Position numbers and translations under genes: made by a program. Below the pieces are notes generated by a model, which had not been told where the DNA came from, ran no database searches, and worked only from the letters and a program-made list of their open reading frames with translations. Shown here in pieces: positions 1 through 10,320 of a stretch of DNA of 64,000 nucleotides. This stretch comes from Myxococcota bacterium (GTDB lineage: Bacteria; Myxococcota_A; UBA796; GCA-2862545): positions 1-64,000 of the forward strand of contig JBCCQY010000036.1 of NCBI GenBank assembly GCA_039208735.1, written 5' to 3'. Numbering within the stretch: position 1 is the first letter of the stretch; the number at the start of each line of letters is the position of its first letter.

Positions 1-801
1 GACGGATTTCTCCTGCAAGAACGCAATCAATTCAGCGTGGATGCCGAGGGCAAAGAGGAACTCACCGTTGTCGAACGGTACGAGTACGGTTACCGAGAAA
101 CGCCAGTTCGCATCGATGGTCTGGATGTGCTTTCGGCCTCGAATCCCTACGGGGGAACCACGACCTTCTTCAACCTCACGCCGAACGGGTTCGTCGATAC
201 GATGTGGGTGACCGAGGCAGGCCTAGACGACCTACCCACGATGAATTCGGAAGGGCGGGTCTATCGAGCATTTCGGTACGTCCGAGACGAAACCGGGCGT
301 GACGAACTCAGGCTGCAGATCGCGTCACCAGGACCCGACCAGATCTGGCAGACGGAGGACGATCCGACGGGCGATGTCGAGGTATTTGCCTACGATGAGC
401 TGTCGCGACTCACGTTTTACGAACTCCACAACGCTGGGCGCGACGGGGTCTATGGCACACGGGATGACCAGCTTCCATCGTTCGAGTCGGCCGAGTATGT
501 GCACGGCGAAGATGAACGCCGTTTCGCCGAGATCGTTGGCGATGCGTTTGCGCTCGTCTACGTGCGCGACGAATACGGGAACCCGATTAGAATCGAGACC
601 TACGGCGACCCGGGGCCGGACGGTGAGTGGTTGACCGCCGACGATGTCTCGCAAACGGCCTACCGCAGCCCTTTGTTCGTCGAAGACACCTACGATGCAG
701 ATGGCCAGCGCATTCTTCGCGACTGGTGGGACCACGGAAGTGACACGATTTCGTTCACGGATGACGACATCCTCATGACGCGAGAAGTGTACGCGCCTTA
801 G
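1..801 (+). CDS. 5'-truncated acidic YD-repeat-like protein with recurring G-x-D-x-x-[WYF]-x-T-x-D-D motifs
   Basis: The frame is open from base 1 to TAG at 801. It carries YD-like motifs (YDELSR, YVRDEYGN, YDADGQ) and the motifs GPDQIWQTEDD, GRDGVYGTRDD, GPDGEWLTADD, GSDTISFTDDD. Confidence 0.7.
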   Translation, partial: DGFLLQERNQFSVDAEGKEELTVVERYEYGYRETPVRIDGLDVLSASNPYGGTTTFFNLTPNGFVDTMWVTEAGLDDLPTMNSEGRVYRAFRYVRDETGRDELRLQIASPGPDQIWQTEDDPTGDVEVFAYDELSRLTFYELHNAGRDGVYGTRDDQLPSFESAEYVHGEDERRFAEIVGDAFALVYVRDEYGNPIRIETYGDPGPDGEWLTADDVSQTAYRSPLFVEDTYDADGQRILRDWWDHGSDTISFTDDDILMTREVYAP

Positions 802-878
802 ACCAGGGGTGAGCACGTCCGGCTATGGCAGGATGTGGAAGCCGCGCATGCCTTGCGGCTGTTTCGGGGTGCGAAGCC

Positions 879-3650
879 GTGGAAACCATTTCTTTGGGCC
901 ACTGCGTCGTCGACCTTCTCCACGCGAAGGTCGTGTGGCCAGACCGAACGCTGCCGTTGTCTTCGGCAGATCAGCGAATCCTCACGGTGCTCGCCCACCA
1001 GCTGGGCGAGGTGGTGGAACGGTTCGATCTGGAACGCCAGGTTTGGCCGGACGGCGCGCCGCCTCGAGCCCTCGACCATGCCGTTCGCCGTATTCGAAGG
1101 AAGATCGAGGCCGATCGTCAGAGGCCTCGGTGGTTGGTCACGGTGCGAGGGGTGGGGTTTCGACTGCAGGGGGCCGCACCCCGCTCGAAACCGGACGTAG
1201 ACGATCGGATCACGTTGTCCGATCGCGTCGTCGATCTCGAAGCGAGAACCGTTCGCACCGTGTCGACAACCTACCGACTGACCCCGATCGAAGTCGATCT
1301 CTTGGGCTACCTCAATGGGCATGCCGGCCGCATTGTGCCCCGCAGCGAGCTGCTTCGGCGGGTTTGGGGCTATTCCGCGAACTCGTCATCGCGGACCATC
1401 GACAGCACGCTCCATCGCCTGCGGTCGAAGATCGAGCCCAATCCTTCGCATCCGGTTCATCTCGAAACCGTGCCAGGGGCGGGCTATCGTTTTGACCCTC
1501 ACGTGGCGGGGACGCCGCCGACGTCATTGCTGGGGCGTAGTCGGCTCCTGCAGGAGGTCCAGGACGCGTGGTCGATGCACCGGATGGTGGCGTTGGTCGG
1601 CCCTTCTGGGATGGGCAAGACCGCGCTCGTAGAGCACGTCGCCGAGGCTTCATCCGCGTGGGGGACGGATCTTGTCGTCATCGAGGACATTGACCTCGAC
1701 CTCGAGACGTTTGTGGATTGGCTCGAGACGAGCTGGGACCCTGTGAATGGTCCGCGCCTTCTCGTGACTTCGCGGGTACGGTGGCCGTGCGCAGTCGGTG
1801 TGCAGCTGCTTGTGCCACCGTTGGGGCTACCGGCCTCACGCGAACTCTTCTTGCGAGAGGTAGGACTCGAAAACGTTGATGAGGCGGCCTTCGATCGCTT
1901 GATGGCGTGGCTCGATGGGATCCCCCTGGCCATCCGGGCTGCGGCCCAACGCGCCAAGGTGCTCGGCGTACGTGAGCTGGCCGAACGTCTGCCCGACCAG
2001 AGGACGCTCCTTCAGTCGACCAAACTTCCTTCGTTCGAAGAGGCATTCGACCAAAGCTGGGCCCGATTGAGTGTGGCATTGCGGGAGACGCTGGACGGCC
2101 TCGCGGTCTTCCCGAAGGACTTTGCGCTGCCCGAGGCGGAATCGGTCCTCGGAGACTCCGACGCTGCGACCAAGCTCCTTGCCTTGGTCGATGCGGGTTG
2201 GTTGTATGTCGAACTGCGTGCAGGGCACTCCCGTTATCGGGTCCCCGGTCCGTTCCGCGCCTTCTTGGAACAACGCAGGCCGCCTACCGAACCCTTGCTC
2301 AACCGGTTCATCGAGACCTATACACAGCTCACCAACACGGGCGCGAAAGCCTATCGATGGGGCCCCGAGCCCGCCGTGGCGCTTGAACGCCTTCACGTCG
2401 AGTTGCCGAACCTTTATGCCGCCCACGCTTTGGCACGTCATCGAGCTCCAGATTCCTGCGCTCGGCTCGCGAACGATGTGCAGTGTCTGCTGGTGGGGTC
2501 GGACCTCAAACGCTTCAGCGAGATGGCGGATATCGCGGTTCGGGCCCGGCCTAAGACCTACCTCGCACTTGCATTGGTCAACCGAGCTGAGGCCAGGATA
2601 TTGGTCGGGCAGGCAGCAAGCGAGGTGGAATCGGACCTTGATGTGGCCTGGTCGCTTGCACAGGAAGCGGGGGACGAGACCATTCAGCTTAGTGTCCTGC
2701 GCATTCGCGCCAAGAGCTGGTGGCGGCAAGGCCACCACACGGAGGCATTGGGGTTGCTTGAGGAAGCCCTCCAGCGGACCCCTCGAAACCCGCTCGCCCA
2801 TGTGCTGACCTACCTCTTCAAGGCGGCCGTCTTGATGTTGCAGGCCCGTGGCGATGCGGCCGAACGAGCGGTACGGGTGGCCTTGATGACCGCGGAGCGC
2901 CACGGTTCGGCGTACCTCGCAAACCAAATGCGAAACCTGCTTTGGCGGTTGGTGCTGGCCGACGGGCGACGGGACGAGGCTCTGCAGCTGCTCGAAACCC
3001 TCTATGCCCATGAAGAGACGTTTTCTCGTGGGGATCGATGGGTGGAGACGGTGACGGGGCTTGCCACCGTGAACCTTCAGCTTGGTCACATCGAGAAAGC
3101 GGAGCGCTGGCTTGATCTTGCGGAGAGCGGCTACGAATCGACGAGGTCGCCCGATACGCTGCTCATGGTTCGCTTGGGGCGCTGTGAGGCGCTCATGCGC
3201 ACGCACGAGTGGTCCAAAGCCTGGATTGGGCTTGACAGCCTGGCCCTCGATTGCTCAGCCTCGACCGAAGCCGGCATCTTGGTGATGGTTGGCGTCTATC
3301 GCGGAGTGGTGACCTACCTCCTTGGCGACACCGCGGAGGCCTTGGTCATCCTGGACGAGACGGTGGCCGTCGCGGAGTCTCGGGCTGGACCGCTAGAGGT
3401 GTTGGGCACCCGCGCCTTTCGATGCGTATTGCACCACGCGGTGGGTCAGGATCGCGAAGCCTTCAACGATCTTGAAGTGTGCGCCCGAGTCGCGTCATCG
3501 GGGGCAGAGCTTGGGCAACTCGGGGGGATCTGGCGGTTGTTGGCTTCGGCGGGGGCCGCAGCCGAGGACCTCGGGCATCCTGCCGTCCATCTGTTTCATC
3601 ACATGCTGGACCGAGCCAGAAGTGAGCGGAACAGCGAAGTTTCGCGGTGA
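879..3650 (+). CDS. Transcriptional regulator: two tandem OmpR/PhoB-type winged-helix domains, STAND/NB-ARC-like ATPase and TPR-like region
   Basis: Two Trans_reg_C signatures (LDHAVRRIRRKIEAD..WLVTVRGVGFRL; IDSTLHRLRSKIEPNPSHP..LETVPGAGYRF), Walker A GPSGMGKT, LLVTSR and LDGIPLAI. Start placed at GTG 879 by analogy with the paralog at 23615; ATG 825 is an alternative. Confidence 0.85.
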   Translation: METISLGHCVVDLLHAKVVWPDRTLPLSSADQRILTVLAHQLGEVVERFDLERQVWPDGAPPRALDHAVRRIRRKIEADRQRPRWLVTVRGVGFRLQGAAPRSKPDVDDRITLSDRVVDLEARTVRTVSTTYRLTPIEVDLLGYLNGHAGRIVPRSELLRRVWGYSANSSSRTIDSTLHRLRSKIEPNPSHPVHLETVPGAGYRFDPHVAGTPPTSLLGRSRLLQEVQDAWSMHRMVALVGPSGMGKTALVEHVAEASSAWGTDLVVIEDIDLDLETFVDWLETSWDPVNGPRLLVTSRVRWPCAVGVQLLVPPLGLPASRELFLREVGLENVDEAAFDRLMAWLDGIPLAIRAAAQRAKVLGVRELAERLPDQRTLLQSTKLPSFEEAFDQSWARLSVALRETLDGLAVFPKDFALPEAESVLGDSDAATKLLALVDAGWLYVELRAGHSRYRVPGPFRAFLEQRRPPTEPLLNRFIETYTQLTNTGAKAYRWGPEPAVALERLHVELPNLYAAHALARHRAPDSCARLANDVQCLLVGSDLKRFSEMADIAVRARPKTYLALALVNRAEARILVGQAASEVESDLDVAWSLAQEAGDETIQLSVLRIRAKSWWRQGHHTEALGLLEEALQRTPRNPLAHVLTYLFKAAVLMLQARGDAAERAVRVALMTAERHGSAYLANQMRNLLWRLVLADGRRDEALQLLETLYAHEETFSRGDRWVETVTGLATVNLQLGHIEKAERWLDLAESGYESTRSPDTLLMVRLGRCEALMRTHEWSKAWIGLDSLALDCSASTEAGILVMVGVYRGVVTYLLGDTAEALVILDETVAVAESRAGPLEVLGTRAFRCVLHHAVGQDREAFNDLEVCARVASSGAELGQLGGIWRLLASAGAAAEDLGHPAVHLFHHMLDRARSERNSEVSR

Positions 3651-3991
3651 CAGCAGAACTGTGAGATCGCTGTGACAGGCGAACCAGTACCCTTCGATCC
3701 ATCAAGGAAGGACGATGGTTTGTAGCGTACTTGCGTGGGTAGATGGAACGGATGGCGAGATGCCCCATTGCCTTGCACTCTTGCTCGACGGCTCCCTTAG
3801 CGCTTTGGGTCTCCGGAACGCTGATGGGTTGCGCATCCACGTCGACGGAAACGCTTCGCTTGGTGTGACCGGCTCTCCATCGTTTGGACTGGCTTGGTGA
3901 CCCGGGTGCATGAACGATTGCGCAGCCTGTTGTCCAAGGAGGCTCCGTAGGCAGATCGAGACGTTAGGATGCGGGGCCTCTCGAGGACCCC

Positions 3992-6739
3992 ATGCACGAC
4001 GACTCCTTGACGACCGCACTCCGAGCCTCCGTTCTCTGGCTCTTCGCCGCGCTGCTCGCCCCGATGGCGGCAGCCCACGATGTGCATCACGATGGCTATG
4101 CGACCCACCAACACCTGGATGGCCACGGTACCGCCAAGATCCGGGATGCGGCAGCGCCCGATGCGGGAGAGGACCCTTTCCGTCAGCTCACTGAAGTGTT
4201 GCCTGATCCCAACGAGGTTCGACTGGCATCGGGAGCTCCGGGGCCCGCGTACTGGCAGAACGAGGCGGATTACGTCATCGATGTGAGCTTAGATCCGGAG
4301 ACGCACGTGCTCACGGGATCCGAACGCATCACCTACCGCAATCGGAGTCCGCACAGCCTCACCTACCTGTGGGTCCAGCTCGATCAGAACCGATTTCGAA
4401 ACGACAGCATCGGCCGTCTTTCCGAGACGGGGCCCAACCTGGATGAGGAGGTTGGGTTGTGGTGGTTGGTCCGCGCCCATGCTCGCAGTCAGTTCGACGG
4501 TGGGATGACGGTGGGACGGGTCGTGGATGCCGGAGGAAAGCCACTGCCTCACACCATCGTAGATACGATGATGCGCATCGACCTCCCCCGCCCTCTAAAG
4601 CCGGGTGGGACCGTGCGCTTCGGCATCGATTGGTCTCACCAAATTGTACCTGACCAGATCCGGGCGCGAAGCCGCGTCGAGATCCTCGATGATGGGCATC
4701 CTCTCTACGAGGTCGCGCAGTGGTTCCCCCGCATGGCGGCGTATACCGATGTCGACGGCTGGCAGAACAAGCCGTTCGTGGGAAGCGGAGAGTTCACGCT
4801 GGAATTCGGTCGGTATACGATGAACATCACCGTGCCCGATACCTTTGTGGTGGCAGGAACGGGTGAACTGACCAACCCCGGCGGCGTGCTCTCGCGGACC
4901 CAACAGCAACGCCTCAACCGCGCTCGATCGGCCGAACGACCCGTGATGATCATCACCTCCGAGGAGGCCGCGGCCAACGAGCAGCGGGAACCCAAGGGCA
5001 CCCGAACGTGGACGTTTGCCGCTGACGATGTCCGCGATGTGGCATGGGCGGCTTCGCCGAGCTTTCTGTGGGATGCGTGGGGGGTGTCCATTCCCGGCAC
5101 GAATCGCACGACCATGGCCATGTCGTACTTCCCTCAAGAAGGGGAGCCCCTCTGGAGCAAGTACTCAACCCAGGCCGTGGCCCACACCCTCGAGGTCTAC
5201 TCCCAGTTCGCCACGCCCTACCCGTGGCCCGTTGCCATTAGTGTCAACGGCCCGGTTGGGGGCATGGAATACCCCATGATCTGCTTCAATGGACCGCGTC
5301 CCGAAGACGACGGCACCTACACGAAGCGGACCAAGTACGGTCTCATCAGCGTCATCATCCATGAGGTGGGCCACAACTGGTTTCCCATGCTCATCAACTC
5401 CGATGAGCGACAGTGGACATGGATGGACGAGGGCCTGAATACGTATGTGCAGTTCCTCACAGAGCAATCCTGGGAAGAAGGGTACCCCTCACGGCGTGGC
5501 GAACCCCGCAACATCACGGGATTCATGGCCTCCCAAAACCAGCGGCCGATCATGACCAACAGCGAATCCTTGGTCCAGTTCGGCAACAATGCGTACGCCA
5601 AGCCGGCTACGGCCCTGAATGTGCTTCGTGAAACGGTTTTGGGCCGGGAGCGATTCGATCATGCCTTTCGCACGTACGCGGATCGTTGGCGCTTTAAGCG
5701 GCCCCAGCCCCAGGACTTGTTCCGGACCATGGAGGATGCTTCGGGAACCGATCTGGATTGGTTTTGGCGTGGTTGGTTCTACACCACCGCCCACGTCGAC
5801 ATTGCCGTGACCGACGTGCGGCAGTTTGCTCTGCGCGGGGAGCCTGAACGGTCCAAGGCCTTTGATCGGTTCCAGCGGGATGAGTTGCTCGCGCAATCGT
5901 TGACCGTCCAGCGCAACGCCGATGCGCCGCTCCGCACGGACCGATTCCCGGAGTTGTTGGACTTCTACAACACCTACGACGAATTCGACCTCACGCCGGC
6001 AGACACCCGGAAGTGGGAGGCGTACAAGCGTCGGCTCGAAGACCATGAGGTGGAGGCGGTCGAGACCTTCGAAAAGAGTGGGTTCTTCTACGCGATTCGG
6101 TTGGAGAACCGTGGGGGCCTTGTCATGCCCGTGCCGCTTCGTCTCGTGTATACGGATGGCACCGAAGAGGCCGTGACGCTGCCGGCCGAGATTTGGCGAC
6201 GCAATCAACATGCGGTTCGTCGGGTCGTGATCAGCGACAAGGAACTTGCCTTTGTCGAGATCGATACCCACGGCCAGATCGCGGACACCAACCGGGAAAA
6301 CAACCGCTGGCCCCAGACGATTCAGCGCGACTTGGTGGGGCTACGCGGCGATGACCAGCGTCCCAATCCCATGCGGGAGGCCAAGGAAGAGGAAGCTCGA
6401 GAGGCTTACCGTCCGACGGCCGAGGCGGTCGCTGAAGCCGTGCATACGGCTTGGATCGCGGCCACGAAGGGGGCCGAGGGAGACGAGCCCATGACTCCTG
6501 CCAAGGTGCAGGACCAGCTCGCGGAGGCGGTGGCGCCGTTGAAGGACCCTTGGCAGGGAAGCCTGCGCTTGGCGTTTGCCGCAGATCCCGAACCGTTTGC
6601 GAAACTCGCAGCTGGCACCTCGAAGCCCGAGCGGGTGCGGCTTGCCACGTTCCGATCGGCAGGCGAAGACCAGGCGTTCGAGACGCCGGATGACCTTGTT
6701 TGGAAGGTGATGGCCGACGGAAGCACACGAGCCGATTGA
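3992..6739 (+). CDS. Secreted M1-family zinc aminopeptidase with C-terminal extension
   Basis: Signal peptide, GGMEY exopeptidase motif, HEVGH zinc motif followed by WMDEG, AYAKP motif. RBS GAGG upstream. Confidence 0.92.
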   Translation: MHDDSLTTALRASVLWLFAALLAPMAAAHDVHHDGYATHQHLDGHGTAKIRDAAAPDAGEDPFRQLTEVLPDPNEVRLASGAPGPAYWQNEADYVIDVSLDPETHVLTGSERITYRNRSPHSLTYLWVQLDQNRFRNDSIGRLSETGPNLDEEVGLWWLVRAHARSQFDGGMTVGRVVDAGGKPLPHTIVDTMMRIDLPRPLKPGGTVRFGIDWSHQIVPDQIRARSRVEILDDGHPLYEVAQWFPRMAAYTDVDGWQNKPFVGSGEFTLEFGRYTMNITVPDTFVVAGTGELTNPGGVLSRTQQQRLNRARSAERPVMIITSEEAAANEQREPKGTRTWTFAADDVRDVAWAASPSFLWDAWGVSIPGTNRTTMAMSYFPQEGEPLWSKYSTQAVAHTLEVYSQFATPYPWPVAISVNGPVGGMEYPMICFNGPRPEDDGTYTKRTKYGLISVIIHEVGHNWFPMLINSDERQWTWMDEGLNTYVQFLTEQSWEEGYPSRRGEPRNITGFMASQNQRPIMTNSESLVQFGNNAYAKPATALNVLRETVLGRERFDHAFRTYADRWRFKRPQPQDLFRTMEDASGTDLDWFWRGWFYTTAHVDIAVTDVRQFALRGEPERSKAFDRFQRDELLAQSLTVQRNADAPLRTDRFPELLDFYNTYDEFDLTPADTRKWEAYKRRLEDHEVEAVETFEKSGFFYAIRLENRGGLVMPVPLRLVYTDGTEEAVTLPAEIWRRNQHAVRRVVISDKELAFVEIDTHGQIADTNRENNRWPQTIQRDLVGLRGDDQRPNPMREAKEEEAREAYRPTAEAVAEAVHTAWIAATKGAEGDEPMTPAKVQDQLAEAVAPLKDPWQGSLRLAFAADPEPFAKLAAGTSKPERVRLATFRSAGEDQAFETPDDLVWKVMADGSTRAD

Positions 6740-6754
6740 ACCGAGGAGTTCACC

Positions 6755-7579
6755 ATGATGTGGATCATCGGAACCCTGTTCGCCTTGGCGGATCCACCTT
6801 CCGACCCTTGGCAGGACACCTATGCCGAAGGTGGTTCGCTCGGGGCGAGTGTGCTTGCCCGACCCACTTGGCAGGGCATTGAACTGGGCATCGATGACCC
6901 CGCCCCCATGATTCGCAAGCTGCGGGACGGAGGAGCGGCCGAGCAAGCAGGGTTAAGGGCGGGCGACATTGTGACGCACCTCGACGGACGGCCTTTGGCG
7001 AGCCCCGCCCAGTTGCTCGAACGCCTTGACGCATTGTCCGCCGGCGAGGTGGTTTGGCTGCAGATCATGCGGATGCACCAGGCCCAACCGAAGATCGTAA
7101 AGCTGCAGTTGGAGGCCCGACCAAAACCGCTTCGTGCGATTGCCGATCAGGTGAAGGGTCATGTTCCCCCCGAACTTTCAGTGACCGACTTCACCACGGG
7201 TGCGTCCGTCTTGCTCGCCGACCTCCGCGGTGATGTCGTACTGATCGAGTTTTGGGCGACGTGGTGTGCGCCGTGCGTGGCTTCGATCCCCCATTTGCGC
7301 ACGTTGCATGAAGCCTATTCCGCGCGAGGCCTGACCATCGTAGGCATCTCGGATGAGCCGGTCGACAAACAGCGAGCCTTTGCCGAGGCACGTCGGTTGC
7401 CCTATCGCCTCCTTCGCGACTCCGAGTGGTCCACCGCCGAACGGTACCGGGTGACGGGTCGGCCCACCGCCGTGCTCCTCGACCGGCAAGGCCGCGTGGC
7501 GGAGGTGTTTTTCAACACGCTTCGGCTCGACGATGCCACGGCCGCTGTCGAACGTCTTCTCCTAAATACGTCGCGGTAG
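6755..7579 (+). CDS. PDZ domain + TlpA/AhpC-TSA thioredoxin-like disulfide reductase
   Basis: PDZ signature AAEQAGLRAGDIVTHLDG; thioredoxin motif FWATWCAPC; RBS GAGGAG; 15 bp downstream of the M1 peptidase. Confidence 0.88.
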   Translation: MMWIIGTLFALADPPSDPWQDTYAEGGSLGASVLARPTWQGIELGIDDPAPMIRKLRDGGAAEQAGLRAGDIVTHLDGRPLASPAQLLERLDALSAGEVVWLQIMRMHQAQPKIVKLQLEARPKPLRAIADQVKGHVPPELSVTDFTTGASVLLADLRGDVVLIEFWATWCAPCVASIPHLRTLHEAYSARGLTIVGISDEPVDKQRAFAEARRLPYRLLRDSEWSTAERYRVTGRPTAVLLDRQGRVAEVFFNTLRLDDATAAVERLLLNTSR

Positions 7580-7733
7580 ATAGAGCCTTGGATGGCGGGT
7601 GGCGGGCGCCTTCGGCCAGCGCGCATGCGCAACCACGACCTGACCCGGGGAAGACGCCCGCACACAGCGTGAATCCGCCAACGCAATCCCGTAGCCATTC
7701 GACCCGAGGCCCGAATCGGACACGGATCGGACG

Positions 7734-9020
7734 TCAGGCCGACAGCTCGGCGAGCAGGCTCTGTGCGATGGCCACTCCACGACCGGGCCAGATGGGATGC
7801 GGCCGTCGCGCAAGCTCGTCGGCGAGCGCTTCGGCTGCGGCCACCGTGCCGACGGCCTCTTCCCGCGCGCGTGCGAGCACCCGACGGGTCACGACGTACA
7901 CCGCGTTGTCCCATTTGCGACCGAGGTGGCGCAGTATCGTGGGATCGTTGGGCAGGGTGCCCGATGCCTCATCGGCGCAATTCACGATGCCCATTCGATT
8001 GGCGAGGAAGTCCGGGACGTAGACGATGCCTCGCTTCTCGAGCAATGCTGCGTCCCTGGCCTCATCGAGCAGTTGATTGTTGGCGGCCCCGCAGATTAGG
8101 CCGGTTTGTAAGGTTGGAATGGTCTGCGGATTCAGCACCCCACCGAGCGCATTGGGCGCCAAGACATCGCAGGCTTCTGCCAATACCGAGACGTCGTCGC
8201 GACCGACCTGTCGCAGGGTGAGTCGTCCATCTGCAAACCGCTGTCGGACGGTGTCGAGTCGGGCCTGGGAAACGTCCGTCGCCAGGATGGAGGCCACTCC
8301 GCGGTTCAAGAGTTCTCCCATCATGAACGCCGCGACATTGCCTGCGCCTTGCATCACGATCCGCTTGGCCGCGAGTTCGCCTCGGCCGAGTTCGTGTAGC
8401 GCACCTTCCATCGCGCAAACGACACCCTTCGCGGTGGCTTCACTTGGGTTGCCCGATCCGCCGAACTCCGTCGGGATGCAGGTGGTGTGGCGGGTGCGCT
8501 CGAATACCGCTCGCATGTCAGCCTCGGTCGTACCTACGTCTTCGGCCGTCACGTAGACCCCGCGGAGCCACGACATGAAGTCGCCAAAATCGCGGTAGGC
8601 GTCTCGTCGCCAGTCGGGATCCAAGGACTGATTCGTGGCCGCAACAATGCCCTTCCCGCCGCCCCACCACAGCCCAGCCAGCGCATTCTTGCGGGTCATG
8701 CCCCGCGAAAGACGCAACCCATCCCGAACGAGTGACTCGAATGTGTCGTAGCGCCAGTGCCGGACGCCTCCCGCGCCCTGGCCCCGATCCGTCCAGTGCA
8801 CAAAGGCCGCGACCAGGGCCCCGGTCCGCTGGCCCACCGCGATGTAGACCCCTTCGTGGTCATGGGCATCTCGTTCGTCCGTCTCGACGAAGGCCCGCAG
8901 CTCTTCAAGCGCGGGATGCGAACCCACAAGGCCATCGACGGTTCGCACAACCGCACCTTTGCCGCCCACGCTGGTGAGAAGGGTGGCAATCTCTCTGGGC
9001 GTACGTTCGAGCAGGGACAG
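7734..9020 (-). CDS. Glu/Leu/Phe/Val dehydrogenase family protein
   Basis: GGVR, LSRGMTRKNA, GGGKG, TAEDVGT, GNPSEATAKGV, QGAGNV, GAANNQL, YVPDFLAN. Start uncertain: in-frame CTG at 9020 behind GGAGG, or ATG 9071. Confidence 0.88.
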   Translation of the reverse strand: MSLLERTPREIATLLTSVGGKGAVVRTVDGLVGSHPALEELRAFVETDERDAHDHEGVYIAVGQRTGALVAAFVHWTDRGQGAGGVRHWRYDTFESLVRDGLRLSRGMTRKNALAGLWWGGGKGIVAATNQSLDPDWRRDAYRDFGDFMSWLRGVYVTAEDVGTTEADMRAVFERTRHTTCIPTEFGGSGNPSEATAKGVVCAMEGALHELGRGELAAKRIVMQGAGNVAAFMMGELLNRGVASILATDVSQARLDTVRQRFADGRLTLRQVGRDDVSVLAEACDVLAPNALGGVLNPQTIPTLQTGLICGAANNQLLDEARDAALLEKRGIVYVPDFLANRMGIVNCADEASGTLPNDPTILRHLGRKWDNAVYVVTRRVLARAREEAVGTVAAAEALADELARRPHPIWPGRGVAIAQSLLAELSA

Positions 9021-9177
9021 GGGGCACCTCCGGCTTGAGGTATCGGACCGCAACCGATCGCGTCGACGCATAGCGCCAAAGTTGCTTCTAATCCTCTGGT
9101 TTGGATGAATTCCAGGGTGGGGTGCAAGCGATCGAATCGTCCGACCGTTGGGCTGTCGATTCCCGAGGAGGTCCATC

Positions 9178-10320
9178 GTGCTTCGACACTTGTTCGTGCT
9201 CCTGATCGCCGTCCCCACTTCATTTGCCCAAGAGGTTCCCGACGACATCTTCGGGCGTACGTCGACGGGCTTGGCTGCGGCGACCCATCCTTCGCAGGCG
9301 AAGAATGCGCTGGAGTCCCAACGCCTTGGCGCGGATTGGCTGGTCTCCGTGCAGGGTCGTGACGGGGGTTGGGGGGCCGGCACGATGGGAACGCGAAACG
9401 CGGGCAGTGCCGCATCAGACGTGGCCACCACGGCCTACACGGTCATGGCCTTGACCCGCGATGCACTCGATACGGACCGGCACCTACAAGCCCGCTTGCG
9501 GGGCATTGAGTTTGTCGTCAAGTCCATCGAAACGGCGCCGGAAGGGCCAGGGTTGAACACGCCCCAAGGCACTCAGCCCCAGCACAAGCTGGGTCCGTTG
9601 GTCGACACCCACCTCGCGGCCCAGATGCTCGGCCAGGTCGTAGGCACCCTCCCCAACAAGGCCCTGAAGGCGCGAGCGAGCAAGGCGTACGACATCGTCC
9701 TAAGCAAGGTGCAACAATCTCAGCAGGCCGATGGTCGATTCGATCAAGGCGGATGGGCGTCGCAGCTTTCGTCGGGCATTGCCACCGAGGCGCTTGAAGT
9801 GGCCAAGTCCCAGGATCGTAAGGTTGACGATCAGGTGCTCGAAAAGGCCCAAGCGCGCAATGAAGCGGTTGCCAACATGGACGGAGAAGGCTTCGATGCC
9901 ACGGCGTCGGCCGGCGTCCAGCTCTATTCGGTGGCGACCAGCACGCGAGCGGCGAAAAAGGCTAAGGATCGCCACAATCGAGAGGGCAACCAGGAGAAGG
10001 CATCGCAGGCCCAGGCGATCAGCGGAAAGGGGACCACGGCCGCGAATGACCAAGGGGTTATCAACGGGTTTGGCTCGGTGGGAGGCGAAGAAAACCTCTC
10101 CTACAACATGATCGCCGATACCCTCGCCGAAGAAGGCGGTCAGGCCTGGGTTGAGTGGAGCGAGAACATCAACAAGACGCTGATGGGCAGCCAAAACGCC
10201 AACGGGTCCTGGGTGGGTCACCACTGCATCACCTCACCTGTGTTTGTGAGTGCGGGGGCGGTGATGACCCTGTCGGCGGGGCCCTGGGCCGAACACCAGA
10301 AGCGTCTCGCGAAAAAGTGA
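9178..10320 (+). CDS. Secreted prenyltransferase/squalene-cyclase-repeat (alpha-alpha toroid) protein
   Basis: GTG start behind GAGGAGG; Sec signal (..PTSFA|QE); QW-like repeats WLVSVQGRDGGW, SQQADGRF, SQNANGSW. Confidence 0.8.
   Translation: MLRHLFVLLIAVPTSFAQEVPDDIFGRTSTGLAAATHPSQAKNALESQRLGADWLVSVQGRDGGWGAGTMGTRNAGSAASDVATTAYTVMALTRDALDTDRHLQARLRGIEFVVKSIETAPEGPGLNTPQGTQPQHKLGPLVDTHLAAQMLGQVVGTLPNKALKARASKAYDIVLSKVQQSQQADGRFDQGGWASQLSSGIATEALEVAKSQDRKVDDQVLEKAQARNEAVANMDGEGFDATASAGVQLYSVATSTRAAKKAKDRHNREGNQEKASQAQAISGKGTTAANDQGVINGFGSVGGEENLSYNMIADTLAEEGGQAWVEWSENINKTLMGSQNANGSWVGHHCITSPVFVSAGAVMTLSAGPWAEHQKRLAKK

Noticed and set aside
1836..3206. 456-aa minus-strand ORF
   Set aside because: Antisense shadow of the wHTH-STAND gene; no motifs.
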